Positions 1 to 9,607 of a DNA stretch of 64,000 bases are shown piece by piece. Position numbers and translations under genes: made by a program. This DNA comes from Pseudomonadota bacterium (GTDB lineage Bacteria > Pseudomonadota > Gammaproteobacteria > Burkholderiales > Burkholderiaceae_C): positions 2,996-66,995 of the forward strand of contig JAFECX010000238.1 of the NCBI GenBank assembly GCA_018241895.1. Reading direction: 5' to 3'. Each line of letters opens with the position of its first letter. Position 1 is the stretch's first letter. Below the pieces are notes generated by a model. That model made no database searches. It had not been told where the DNA came from and saw only the letters and a list, made by a program, of their open reading frames with translations.

Positions 1-757
1 CGACTCGGTGCGCGCACTCATAGGTCCACGTACCAGTGCCATCGTCGTCGTCCACTACGCAGGCTATCCGGCGAGGCTGGATGAGTTGCGCGCCATCGCC
101 GACGAGCACCGCGTCGCCCTTATCGAGGACGCCGCCCATGCGCTGGGCGCGCGCTACGGCGATGCCGCCATCGGCACCCTGGGCGACTACGGCATCTTCT
201 CGCTGCAGGCCATCAAGCACATGACGACCGGGGACGGTGGCGTGCTGACCCTGCGCGACGGCTCACGTGCCGACGAGGCGCGGCGCTTGCGCTGGTTCGG
301 CCTGAGCAAGGGCGTGCCACGCACGCAGGTCGACATCGCGACGCCCGGGTACAAATACAACATGAACAACGTGGCGGCGGTCATCGGCCTGATGCAACTC
401 GAACACATCCACGCGTTGATCGACCGGCACATTGCCAATGGGCGCTACTTCGATGAGCGGCTGCGCCGTATCCCGGGTCTGGAAGTCACCAGCTTCGAGC
501 CCCGAGCCCGGCCCTCCTACTGGCTCTACTCCCTGCTGAGCGAAGACTCCGATGCCGTCGAGGCCAGGCTGCACAGCGTGGGCGTCGCTGCGTCGAAGCT
601 GCACAAGCCCAACCATCTGCACAGCGTCTTTGCCACGATGCGTCGGCCGCTGCCGAATCTGGAAAGCTACTATCGCCGACTCACGCACCTGCCGTGCGGT
701 TGGTGGGTCGATGACGACGATCGCGAGCGCATCGTCGACGCTCTGACCCGAGGCTGA
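1..757 (+). CDS. DegT/DnrJ/EryC1/StrS PLP-dependent sugar aminotransferase (5' end outside window)
   Basis: Motifs VVVHYAG, IEDAAHALG, FSLQAIKHMTTGDGG (Schiff-base Lys present), GYKYNMNN; frame open from window edge. Confidence 0.9.
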   Translation, partial: DSVRALIGPRTSAIVVVHYAGYPARLDELRAIADEHRVALIEDAAHALGARYGDAAIGTLGDYGIFSLQAIKHMTTGDGGVLTLRDGSRADEARRLRWFGLSKGVPRTQVDIATPGYKYNMNNVAAVIGLMQLEHIHALIDRHIANGRYFDERLRRIPGLEVTSFEPRARPSYWLYSLLSEDSDAVEARLHSVGVAASKLHKPNHLHSVFATMRRPLPNLESYYRRLTHLPCGWWVDDDDRERIVDALTRG

Positions 758-765
758 TCACGGCA

Positions 766-1884
766 GTGCCGAACATCACGCTGTTCCACACCGGATCGGA
801 TACCGCGACCGAGAACGCGGCATTGAGCATCCTTCGCTCGGGTCAGATTGCCTCGGGCCCGAAGGTCGCCGCATTCGAGCAGGCCTTGACCCCCTGGGTC
901 GGCTTGCCGCATGTCGTCGTCACGAGCGACCTGTCCAGCGCCATGCTGCTGGCACTGCACCAATGCGGCGTCAGGTCCGGTGACGAGGTGCTCAGCCCAG
1001 CCTACACCTGCATGTCCAGTGCAGCGCCGATCGCGAACCTGGGTGCGCGACCGCGCTGGGTGGACGTGGATGCCGAAACCGGACTGCTCGATCCGCAGGC
1101 ACTGCGCCGCTGCATCGGTGCGCGCACCCGGGCCTGCGTCGTCTATCACGCTGCCGGCTACGCCGCCCACAGCACCGAGATCGCGCGCGTGTGCCGCCAG
1201 CACGGCATCCCCTTGATCGAAGACTGCAACACCGCCCTGGGTGCCCGGCTGCACGGACAACCGCTGGGCAGCCATGGCGACGCAGCGATCTACAGCTTCT
1301 ATCCCAACCGCCAAGTCAACGGCATCGAAGGCGGTGCCGTGGCCTGGCGCGATGCGCACAACGCAACTCGCAGCCGCAAGCTGCGCCGCTTCGGCATCGA
1401 TGGGTGCGGGTTTCGCGACGCGATCGGCGAAATCGACCCCGCGAGCGACATCCCCGAAGTCGGTTGGTCCGGCAGCATGAACCAACTCAACTGCGCCGTG
1501 GGGTTGGAGCAGTTGCACGGCCTGGCCGCGCGCCTGCAGGCCACGCGATCGAATGCAGCCAGGCTCCACCAGTTGCTGGCGGGCCTGCCCGGGCTGTCCA
1601 TCGTCCGCCCGCACGACGGCAGCGAGCCCGCCTACTGGGGCTTCCTGGTATTCGCGACACAGCGCGACGCCGTCCTGGCCAGGCTCAAGCATGACGGGGT
1701 CATGGCCTCCAAGCTGCACCATCGGATCGATCGCTACAGTGGGTTCGGGGTCGATGCGGTCGATCTGCCGGGCACCGAAGCCTTCCTCGACCGCATGATC
1801 GCCCTGCCCTGCGGCCATTGGCTGGACGATGCCGCCCTGCAGCGGATCGCGCGAAGTCTCGAAGGGGCGCTGCGTCGTTCATAG
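766..1884 (+). CDS. DegT-family aminotransferase paralog with the catalytic Lys replaced by Arg
   Basis: SGPKVAAFE, GDEVLSPAYTC, IEDCNTALG, YSFYPNRQVNGIEGG (Arg at the SFxxxK position). Confidence 0.85.
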   Translation: MPNITLFHTGSDTATENAALSILRSGQIASGPKVAAFEQALTPWVGLPHVVVTSDLSSAMLLALHQCGVRSGDEVLSPAYTCMSSAAPIANLGARPRWVDVDAETGLLDPQALRRCIGARTRACVVYHAAGYAAHSTEIARVCRQHGIPLIEDCNTALGARLHGQPLGSHGDAAIYSFYPNRQVNGIEGGAVAWRDAHNATRSRKLRRFGIDGCGFRDAIGEIDPASDIPEVGWSGSMNQLNCAVGLEQLHGLAARLQATRSNAARLHQLLAGLPGLSIVRPHDGSEPAYWGFLVFATQRDAVLARLKHDGVMASKLHHRIDRYSGFGVDAVDLPGTEAFLDRMIALPCGHWLDDAALQRIARSLEGALRRS

Positions 1885-1899
1885 TGGCACGCGAGCGCC

Positions 1900-3279
1900 A
1901 TGAACAACGACCTGCATCGTTTGGCGATCCTGCTGTTCGGCAAGGTGGGTGCCGTCGTCGTCGGCATCCTGTTTCTTCCCCTTTACCTCAAGGCGGTCGA
2001 TGCAGGAACGTTTGCCGCCATTGCCACCATCCTCGCGCTGCAGGCCTTTGCGTTGCTTGTCGATTTCGGCCTCTCGACCCTGGTCGCGAGGTCCGTCGCG
2101 ACCCAGACGAGGTCGGCGCATGGCGTGCGAGGTACGGCGATGCAGGCCGAGCGTGCACTCGTCCTCGGGTACGGCATCATCGGTGGGGCGGCACTGACGG
2201 CGTTGCCCTTCGCGCCGCAACTCGGCCTGTCCTGGACCAGCGCGCTGGCCACCTGGGTCTTCTGTCTGACCAGCGTGTGGCAGAACATCCTGCACACCGC
2301 TCTCATGGCGGCCGAGCGCTTCCTGGTCGCCACCAGCCTGCACGTGTGCGCACTGCTGATTCGTGCCGTGCTCACCTTGTATGCGCTCGGGCACATCGAA
2401 GCATCGGCCGGGACGTTCGTCATCACCCACGCCTTGGTCACGACGCTCCAGGCGCTCGTCACCCGCCATGTGCTGCTGCGACGCGCACCGCACCATGAGA
2501 CGCCGTCGTGGACGAGCAGCCTGTGGCTGCTGCGCGCCGGGGGCTCGCTGCTGCTCTCGGCGTTGGCCGGTGCCAGCGTGATGCAACTCGACAAGCCGCT
2601 GGCCAAGCTGGGGCTGAGCGCCACGCAGGCGTCCGCGTACTTCCTGGCCGCCACGCTGGCAAGCCTGCCCATCGCGCTGCTGGCTGCCCCGCTGGTTCAG
2701 CTCTTCCAGCCACGCATCACCCTGGCGCTGGCGCAGCGGCAGATCGCTCCGGCGCTTGGACATGCGCGACGATTCAGCGTCATGCTCTTGCTGGTGGTCG
2801 CCGTGCCGACGGCGCTCATCTGGGCTTCGGCGAGCTGGTTGATCGAGATCTGGCTCAAAGGCAACGCATTGACGCCGCAAGTGGCAGCGATCGCAAAATC
2901 TTTGCTGCCGGCGTTCCTGCTCGGCGGCCTTGGCTATCTGCCGGTGATGCTGCTGCTGGCGCACGGCGACTATCGCTGGCCGGCATTGATCAACTCCATA
3001 CTCGCCATCGTCGTGCTGGCGTCGCTCGCATTGGCCAGCATCGGAGGCTCGTTGAAGGGATTTGCCCTGGCCTACCTCGCCTACTTCGCCTGCGCCGCCA
3101 CGGCCAGTTGGTGGCGGGCATTGGCAGTCGACGAAATCCGGCCCGTCGCCAAGGCGGGCTCGTGGATCGCCGTGCCCAGCCTGGCGCTGCTCGCGCTGGC
3201 AGGCTGGCAAGCGCTCCAGCTTGACGTGCCGGCCGCGGCCGCTCCCGCCCCGTCGCGCGCTGCCGCGCAACTGCCATGA
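1900..3279 (+). CDS. wzx: Wzx-type oligosaccharide flippase
   Basis: Many hydrophobic helices, DFGLS motif after TM2, glycan-cluster context. Confidence 0.8.
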   Translation: MNNDLHRLAILLFGKVGAVVVGILFLPLYLKAVDAGTFAAIATILALQAFALLVDFGLSTLVARSVATQTRSAHGVRGTAMQAERALVLGYGIIGGAALTALPFAPQLGLSWTSALATWVFCLTSVWQNILHTALMAAERFLVATSLHVCALLIRAVLTLYALGHIEASAGTFVITHALVTTLQALVTRHVLLRRAPHHETPSWTSSLWLLRAGGSLLLSALAGASVMQLDKPLAKLGLSATQASAYFLAATLASLPIALLAAPLVQLFQPRITLALAQRQIAPALGHARRFSVMLLLVVAVPTALIWASASWLIEIWLKGNALTPQVAAIAKSLLPAFLLGGLGYLPVMLLLAHGDYRWPALINSILAIVVLASLALASIGGSLKGFALAYLAYFACAATASWWRALAVDEIRPVAKAGSWIAVPSLALLALAGWQALQLDVPAAAAPAPSRAAAQLP

Positions 3280-3800
3280 TCCGTCGCCTCTCGCGGTTGG
3301 CCAGTCACCTGTGCTACGAGTGGAGTGCCGGCCTGGTTGCCACGTTGCCGAACGACGTCCTGTCGTGCCGGCTTCGGGCCTGGTTTCATCGGCGTGCCGG
3401 TCGTCGTCTCGGCGAGAAGGTACTGCTCTACCGCAATGTCCTGATCCTCGGCCAGGTGCATATCGGAGCGCGGAGTTCGATCTCGAACAATTGCGTGCTC
3501 AGTGGCGCCCAGGCCGGCATCACCCTCGGCACCGATGTGATGATGGGGCCCGGTTGCTGCGCCGTCGCCTTCGATCACGGGCATGCCATCGATGCCGGTC
3601 CGATGATTCGCCAGACGCTGATCGAGGCCGCCATCACCGTGGGCGACGACGTGTGGATCGGCGCCAACTGCACGCTCGCCAAGGGCGTCACCATCGGCTC
3701 GGGCGCCGTCATTGGCGCCAACTCGGTCGTCACCGCCGACATTCCGCCGTTGGCCATTGCGGGTGGTGTGCCGGCGCGCGTGCTCAAGTACAGGGCCTGA
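3276..3800 (+). CDS. Hexapeptide-repeat (LbH) O-acetyltransferase
   Basis: VGDDVWIGANCTLAKGVTIGSGAVIGANSVV...GGVPARVLKYR; ATGA overlap with wzx. Confidence 0.9.
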   Translation: MIRRLSRLASHLCYEWSAGLVATLPNDVLSCRLRAWFHRRAGRRLGEKVLLYRNVLILGQVHIGARSSISNNCVLSGAQAGITLGTDVMMGPGCCAVAFDHGHAIDAGPMIRQTLIEAAITVGDDVWIGANCTLAKGVTIGSGAVIGANSVVTADIPPLAIAGGVPARVLKYRA

Positions 3801-3825
3801 GCCAATACTGTTGCTTTGGTTGATC

Positions 3826-3951
3826 TTGCGGGCCTTTGCGCGCACGGGCGAGCCGATGGGGCTGGACTTCCAGAGCTGCGGCGGTCTCGTGCCGCCGTAT
3901 CAGGCGCGGCAACTGATCGAGATGATCCGCAACTGCGGAGACGAGGAATGA
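3826..3951 (+). pseudogene. C-terminal remnant of a HicA-like toxin
   Basis: FARTGEPMGLDFQSCGGLVPPYQARQLIEMIR resembles the HicA C-terminal 'LNLQ..GGKAKPYQVKQ' pattern; stop overlaps the hicB ATG (ATGA); N-terminal half absent; left boundary approximate. Confidence 0.6.
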
Positions 3952-4307
3952 GCAAGAAGCGCACGAGCCGCCAGCACTTCCCGCGCAACATCTTCTGGAG
4001 CGCCGAGGACGGCGGCTTCATCGCCGAAGTGCCCGACCTGCCTGGCTGCAGCGCCTGGGGCGCCACCGAAGCCGATGCCGCGCGCGAGGCGCGGGACGCC
4101 ATCGCCGCCAGGCTCGAGGCCGCACGCTCAGCGGGCAAGGCGGCGCCTGCTGCGCGCGGCGTGCAGCCGCCGCAAGGCTACAGCGGCAAGTTCCTGGTGC
4201 ACGTGCTGCGCAGCCTGCACGCCAAGCTGGCGCGCCGCGCCGCGCAAGAGGGCGTGAGCCTGAATCAGTACCTCACCGGCGCGCTGGACGGGCAGGTGGG
4301 TGGTTAG
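3948..4307 (+). CDS. hicB: HicB-family antitoxin with C-terminal RHH domain
   Basis: FWSAEDGGFIAEVPDLPGCSAWGATE and YSGKFLVHVLRSLHAKLARRAAQEGVSLNQY; GAGG upstream of ATG 3948. Confidence 0.85.
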   Translation: MSKKRTSRQHFPRNIFWSAEDGGFIAEVPDLPGCSAWGATEADAAREARDAIAARLEAARSAGKAAPAARGVQPPQGYSGKFLVHVLRSLHAKLARRAAQEGVSLNQYLTGALDGQVGG

Positions 4308-4379
4308 GTCGCTCTCGAGCCGGCGTAAGCCAGCGCGCGTCGCCCCTAGAATGATCGGCCGTACCCCCTAAGCGCGCAT

Positions 4380-5390
4380 ATGCTTGCCAACAAGGTCCTG
4401 ATGATCACCGGCGGCACCGGTTCGTTCGGTAATACCGTGCTCAACCGCTTCCTGAGAACCGATGTTCGCGAGATCGTGATCTTCAGCCGCGACGAGAAGA
4501 AGCAGGAGGATATGCGCATCGCACTGCGCTCCCCCAAGGTACGCTTCTGTATCGGTGACGTGCGCGACTACACCAACATCGCTGCCGCCATGCGCGGCGT
4601 AGATTACGTGTTCCATGCCGCGGCCCTCAAGCAGGTACCCTCGTGCGAGTTCTTCCCGATGGAGGCGATCCGGACCAACATCCTCGGCACCGAGAACGTG
4701 CTAAATGCAGCGATAGAGAATCACGTGCGGCGCGTCGTGCTGCTGAGCACGGACAAGGCGGTGTACCCGATCAACGCCATGGGCATCTCCAAGGCCATGG
4801 CCGAGAAGGTGCTGATCGCCAAGGCACGCGCGATGACGAACGGCGGTACTGTCATGTGCGCCACGCGCTACGGCAACGTGATGGCGTCGCGTGGTTCCGT
4901 GATCCCGTTGTTCATCGAAAAGATCAAGGCCGGCCTACCCATGCGGGTGACCGATCCGAGCATGACGCGGTTCCTCATGTCGCTCGACGAGTCGGTCGAC
5001 CTCGTCATGCACGCCTTCCAGCACGGGGAGCAGGGCGACATCTTCGTGCAGAAGGCCCCGGCCTGCACGATCGGCGTGCTGGCGCACGCCTTGCGCGAAC
5101 TCTTCGACGGCATTTCGCCAGTCGAGATCATCGGAACCCGGCACGGCGAGAAGTTGTTCGAGTCGCTGGTGTCACGCGAGGAGATGTCCAAGGCCCAGGA
5201 CATCGGCCGCTACTTCCGGATCCCGGCGGATAACCGCGACCTCAACTACGAGTTGTTCATCAGCCAGGGCTCGCCCTCCGCCAACGCGGTCGACGATTAC
5301 ACGTCACACAACACGCAGCGGCTGGACGTCGAGGCGGTGAAGCGGCTGCTGCTCACACTCGAGTACGTCCGCAACGCACTCGCGCACTGA
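4380..5390 (+). CDS. fnlA: UDP-GlcNAc 4,6-dehydratase/epimerase, FnlA/CapE/WbjB subfamily
   Basis: TGGTGSFG, SRDEKKQ, HAAALKQVPSCEF, TDKAVYPINAMGISK (MxxxK typical of CapE/FnlA), RYGNVMASRGSV. Confidence 0.85.
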   Translation: MLANKVLMITGGTGSFGNTVLNRFLRTDVREIVIFSRDEKKQEDMRIALRSPKVRFCIGDVRDYTNIAAAMRGVDYVFHAAALKQVPSCEFFPMEAIRTNILGTENVLNAAIENHVRRVVLLSTDKAVYPINAMGISKAMAEKVLIAKARAMTNGGTVMCATRYGNVMASRGSVIPLFIEKIKAGLPMRVTDPSMTRFLMSLDESVDLVMHAFQHGEQGDIFVQKAPACTIGVLAHALRELFDGISPVEIIGTRHGEKLFESLVSREEMSKAQDIGRYFRIPADNRDLNYELFISQGSPSANAVDDYTSHNTQRLDVEAVKRLLLTLEYVRNALAH

Positions 5391-5416
5391 GACGCCGGGC
5401 ACCGATTGCGACCGGC

Positions 5417-6640
5417 ATGTCCGCAGCGCCCGTTCTTTCCGTCATCGTGCCCACGCACAACCGGGCACGCTACGCGGTCTCGACGATTCGGGCGCTCCTC
5501 GACGCCTCGGGCGAAATCGAAGTCGTCGTCAGCGATACGTCGCCCGAGGATCTGCTGAGCGCAGCGATTGCCGCCATGCCCGGCGGCGAGCGCGTCAGAC
5601 TCGTGCGGCCGCCGAGCGGCGTGAGCGTGGTCGACAACTTCAATGTGGGCCTCGAGGGTGCATCGGGAGACTACCTGTGCTTCATCGGCGACGATGACCT
5701 GGTCACCGGCGATGCACCGCGGCTGGCCCGCTGGGCTCGCGACCAAGGCGTCGACGCCCTGTATCTTACGTTCCCGGCCAGTTACTACTGGCCCGACTTC
5801 GACCATCGGTTGCGTGGCGACTTCTATGCCGGCACCGTGCGCGTGGGCGCCTTCAGCGGCGAGATCCGGCCGCACGATCCCCTTCGTGCGCGGGCGGCCA
5901 GCGCGCGTCAATTGGGCATGGGCGTTCTGGACATGCCTCGCGCTTACGCCGGCATGATCTCGCGCGATCTGGCCCGGCGCATCATCGAAAAGCACGGCGC
6001 GCTGTTCGGCGGTGTTAGCCCGGACATCTACAGCGCGGCGCTGATCGCCGGGGAATGCCGCTCCTGCATGCGTGTGGATTTCCCGATCGTCGTGCCCGGC
6101 AACTCCGGGGCCAGCACGGCTGGACAGAGCGCCCGTGGCGAACATCTCGGCAAGCTGCGCGACAACCCCCATATCGGCGCGTTCAAGAACCTCGTCTGGG
6201 ATGCGCGGATTCCAGAGTTCTACAGCGTACCGACGGTGTGGTCGTTTTCGCTGGTCGAGGCGCTGAAGAAGAGCGACAGCGAGCACCTCGCCCATTTCGG
6301 TCGCCTCTACGCTAAGTGCCTGATCTTCCATCGCGCCTACCGTGATCACACGCTGCGAGCCATCCGCTGCCACGCGGGTCGCGTCGGTTGGCCGCGGCTC
6401 GCAGCGTCGTTGGCTGGCGGAGCGCTGGCCGAGAGCGCGTGGGTCGTCGGCAAGCTGTCGAGCATGCTCCGGGTCACACTGTCCGGCCGCGCCGACGCCA
6501 GCATGCAGGGCGTCGCGAACACGATGGCCGCGCGTGAACGCCTCGAGCACGTTCTCGAGACCTCTCCGGCGACGGCGCGCTTCCGGGCCGCCCTGGCCGA
6601 GCCGATCCGGCATCCGAGCACGCCTGTGCGTGCCCATTGA
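5417..6640 (+). CDS. Glycosyltransferase family 2
   Basis: SVIVPTHNR, FIGDDD motif. Confidence 0.85.
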   Translation: MSAAPVLSVIVPTHNRARYAVSTIRALLDASGEIEVVVSDTSPEDLLSAAIAAMPGGERVRLVRPPSGVSVVDNFNVGLEGASGDYLCFIGDDDLVTGDAPRLARWARDQGVDALYLTFPASYYWPDFDHRLRGDFYAGTVRVGAFSGEIRPHDPLRARAASARQLGMGVLDMPRAYAGMISRDLARRIIEKHGALFGGVSPDIYSAALIAGECRSCMRVDFPIVVPGNSGASTAGQSARGEHLGKLRDNPHIGAFKNLVWDARIPEFYSVPTVWSFSLVEALKKSDSEHLAHFGRLYAKCLIFHRAYRDHTLRAIRCHAGRVGWPRLAASLAGGALAESAWVVGKLSSMLRVTLSGRADASMQGVANTMAARERLEHVLETSPATARFRAALAEPIRHPSTPVRAH

Positions 6641-7734
6641 TCAGAGTCGGCGGCATGTACGTCTACCCGGCGGTCTTCGTCGTCATCCTGCTGCTGCGTG
6701 AGCTCGTCGAGTTCGACGGGCGAGTGCACGGCGTCTTTGCGCGCGTGTGTGCCGCCCTCGTCCTCGTGCTGTTGACGCTGCTGACGGCGCTGCGCATCGA
6801 CACCGGTACCGACTACCCGACCTACGAGCTGATCTGGAGCTACACGAGCCCTTGGGCTGAGGAGTCGCTCCAGGACATGCTGATGCAGTTCCTCGAGCCG
6901 CTGTTCGTGATGACCAACAGCCTGCTCAAGACCTTCTCCGAGGCGCCCTTGCTCTTCTTTGGCAGCTACGCGGTGCTGACTCTGGGATTGCTGCATGTCG
7001 CCATTCGGCGCTTCCCGATCAACCCCGTCCACGCCTACCTCGTCTACACGGGCATCTTCCTGCTGCCTTACGCATTCAACGGCATGCGCCAGGCGGTTGC
7101 CATGTCGATCTTCCTGCTGGCACTGCGCCCGCTGCTAGCCAACCGCACGGCCTCGGTGCTCGGCTACTCGATCGTGGCCGCGGGCTTTCACCTGACCGGG
7201 CTGCTTATCCCTGTCGCGTACGCAGTGCACCGTTTGTCGCGGCGTCGCGACTTCGACCTGCGGTACGTGCTGCTGGTGGGCACCGTTGTTTTCGGGGCGA
7301 TCGGCCTTTCGGGCCTGGGCAGCCGGCTGTTCTTCTCGATCTTCGAATACAAGTTGGAGACCTACTCCGAGCTGTTCTCAGAACGCACCTCCCTGCCGAA
7401 TGTGCTGTGGCGGCTGCTGCTGGCCTCGATGCTGCTTGTGTCCGCAAGGGCCACGCCCGCATCGCACGCACTCCGGCAGTTGCTGCTCATCTATCTCGTC
7501 GGGTTCTTCATTTATCTCGCACTCGCCGATTTCAACATGCTCGCGACGCGGTTCAACATGTTCTTCCGCGTGCTCGAGGTTATCCTCATCCCCTGGACGC
7601 TTGCCGGCCTGCCTCGATGGCCGCGGCTCAGCATGCACGCACTGTATTGCGGGCTCCTTGTGGCTGCCTTGCTGATCGTGGCGATGGACCCGGATTACGC
7701 GTATCACTCGATCTTGGCACATGTGAACTCCTGA
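6637..7734 (+). CDS. EpsG-family Wzy-like polysaccharide polymerase
   Basis: Multi-TM; ALRIDTGTDYPTY, FNGMRQAVAMS and GFHLTG match EpsG-family motifs (GTDY..Y, RQ..A, FH.S). Confidence 0.75.
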   Translation: MIRVGGMYVYPAVFVVILLLRELVEFDGRVHGVFARVCAALVLVLLTLLTALRIDTGTDYPTYELIWSYTSPWAEESLQDMLMQFLEPLFVMTNSLLKTFSEAPLLFFGSYAVLTLGLLHVAIRRFPINPVHAYLVYTGIFLLPYAFNGMRQAVAMSIFLLALRPLLANRTASVLGYSIVAAGFHLTGLLIPVAYAVHRLSRRRDFDLRYVLLVGTVVFGAIGLSGLGSRLFFSIFEYKLETYSELFSERTSLPNVLWRLLLASMLLVSARATPASHALRQLLLIYLVGFFIYLALADFNMLATRFNMFFRVLEVILIPWTLAGLPRWPRLSMHALYCGLLVAALLIVAMDPDYAYHSILAHVNS

Positions 7735-7750
7735 GACTGCACACCCGCGC

Positions 7751-8674
7751 ATGCCAACGATTTCCGTCGTCATCACAAGCCACAACCGCCAGCGCGAGGT
7801 CGTGCGCGCGATTCGCAGCGTCGCCGGCCAGACGCTGCCTGCGCTGGAGATCATCGTCGTCGACGACGCCTCCTCTCCCGCCTTGAGCGCCGTCGAGCTT
7901 GCACCGCAACAGCAGCCCCCGCTACGGCTGATCCGGCACGAGCAAGCCCGCGGACCGGGTGGCGCCCGCAATGCCGGGATTCGTGCGGCCAAGGGCGAGT
8001 TCGTGGCTTTCCTCGACGACGACGACCAGTTCGTGCCTGAGAAGCTGGCACGCTGCACGGTCGTGCTCGATCGGCATGCGGAGGCGTCCGTGCTTCACCA
8101 CGCTGCCTACATCGACATGATCAACGAGGGTGTCGGCTATACGACGCGCCTCGAGCCGCACGACGGCGGCGCCGGACTGTACCGGCGCCTGCTAGTCAAG
8201 AACATCGTCGGTGGCACGCCCATGGTGGTGGTCCGGCGCGAGGCCCTGGCAACGCTTGGCGGCTTCGACGAGGGCCTTGCAGCACTCGAAGATTACGATC
8301 TCTGGCTGCGTCTCGCGCGCGCCGGATACCGCTTCGTCGCGCTGCCCGAGCCCTTGACGCGCTACGACTGCGTCACCGCGCGTCGTAGCGTCACCAAGTC
8401 GGACGCTGCCGGTGCCGGCACCTTCGCGCGCATTTTGGCGAAGCATGCATCGGCGCGCGCCGCGTTGACGGCGGCCGAGCAGCTCGAGCAGCGTCGATGC
8501 GTTGCTGAGACCGAGCTCCAGCGCGCGCTCCTGCGGCTCGACCGACACGATGCCATCGCCCGCGCCTGGGCCCTGTGGCGACTGCAGCCGACGCTGCGCG
8601 CGACACTCGCTTTCGTCACCGCAGTCACCCTGGGCCCCAGGGCGATGATCCGACTGCGCGCGGCACGCGGTTGA
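7751..8674 (+). CDS. Glycosyltransferase family 2
   Basis: SVVITSHNR, GGARNAG, AFLDDDD, EDYDLWLR. Confidence 0.9.
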   Translation: MPTISVVITSHNRQREVVRAIRSVAGQTLPALEIIVVDDASSPALSAVELAPQQQPPLRLIRHEQARGPGGARNAGIRAAKGEFVAFLDDDDQFVPEKLARCTVVLDRHAEASVLHHAAYIDMINEGVGYTTRLEPHDGGAGLYRRLLVKNIVGGTPMVVVRREALATLGGFDEGLAALEDYDLWLRLARAGYRFVALPEPLTRYDCVTARRSVTKSDAAGAGTFARILAKHASARAALTAAEQLEQRRCVAETELQRALLRLDRHDAIARAWALWRLQPTLRATLAFVTAVTLGPRAMIRLRAARG

Positions 8675-9513
8675 TGCTTGCGACTGCGCTGGACGAAACC
8701 GGGGCGACTGCGGTCGCCGTCCTCATGGCCATCTACAGCCGCGACGAACCTGCATCGTTCGAGCGCGCCATGGACTCCGTGTTGTCGCAGGAACTGCCGG
8801 CGGGATACGTCTCGAGGATCTATCTGGGCATCGACGGCCCGATCCCCGCCGCCCTGGAAGCGGCGCTGCAGCGGTACCGTGAACGGCTGCACTGCATCTC
8901 GCGCAGCGACGCCAACTGCGGCCTGGCGCAGACGCTCAACCGCCTGATACGGCTGCGCGAGGACGAGGCGTTGTTCTTCCGCATGGACGCCGACGATGCG
9001 TCCCTGCCCGGCCGGTTCTCGGCCCAGATCCGGTATCTGGAAGCGCACCCCGAGGTGGACATCCTGGGCACTGCCATCATCGAGGAGGGCGAAGACATGG
9101 CGCCGCGCGTGGTGCGCTTCGCCAGGAGCCACGAGGACGCCGCGGCCCGCATCGCGCGCCGCGTTCCGGTCGCACACCCCACCGTGTGCATGCGCGCGCG
9201 GGTGCTGGACAAGTTGCAGGGTTATCCGGAGCGGCGCGGCAACGAAGACATCGCGCTGTGGTTCGAGTGCCTGCGCGCCGGGCTGCGTTTCGACAATCTG
9301 GCCGAACCGTACCTGCGCTTCACCGTGAGCCCGGCATTCTGGAAGCGGCGCAGCTTGGAAAAGGCGTTCTCCGAGTGGCGCTGCTACATGCAAGGCATCT
9401 ATCGGCTCACGCCGTGGACGTGGCAGTACATCTACCCCATGGCGCGATTGGCACTGCGCCTGAGTCCGACCGCGCTCGTCAAACGGCTGTATGCCAGCAG
9501 CGCTCGCGGTTGA
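8674..9513 (+). CDS. Glycosyltransferase family 2 (AmsE-like)
   Basis: VLMAIYSRD, NCGLAQTLN, RMDADD, HPTV, EDIALW; TGATG overlap gives start 8674. Confidence 0.85.
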   Translation: MLATALDETGATAVAVLMAIYSRDEPASFERAMDSVLSQELPAGYVSRIYLGIDGPIPAALEAALQRYRERLHCISRSDANCGLAQTLNRLIRLREDEALFFRMDADDASLPGRFSAQIRYLEAHPEVDILGTAIIEEGEDMAPRVVRFARSHEDAAARIARRVPVAHPTVCMRARVLDKLQGYPERRGNEDIALWFECLRAGLRFDNLAEPYLRFTVSPAFWKRRSLEKAFSEWRCYMQGIYRLTPWTWQYIYPMARLALRLSPTALVKRLYASSARG

Positions 9514-9607
9514 CCTTCGTTGCCGAGCAGACCGGTTCGGTGCGCAATCGGATGCAACTGCGGCCCCACTACACTAAAGGGCACGAGGCCCGGGTGCCCG
9601 TGAAGAC

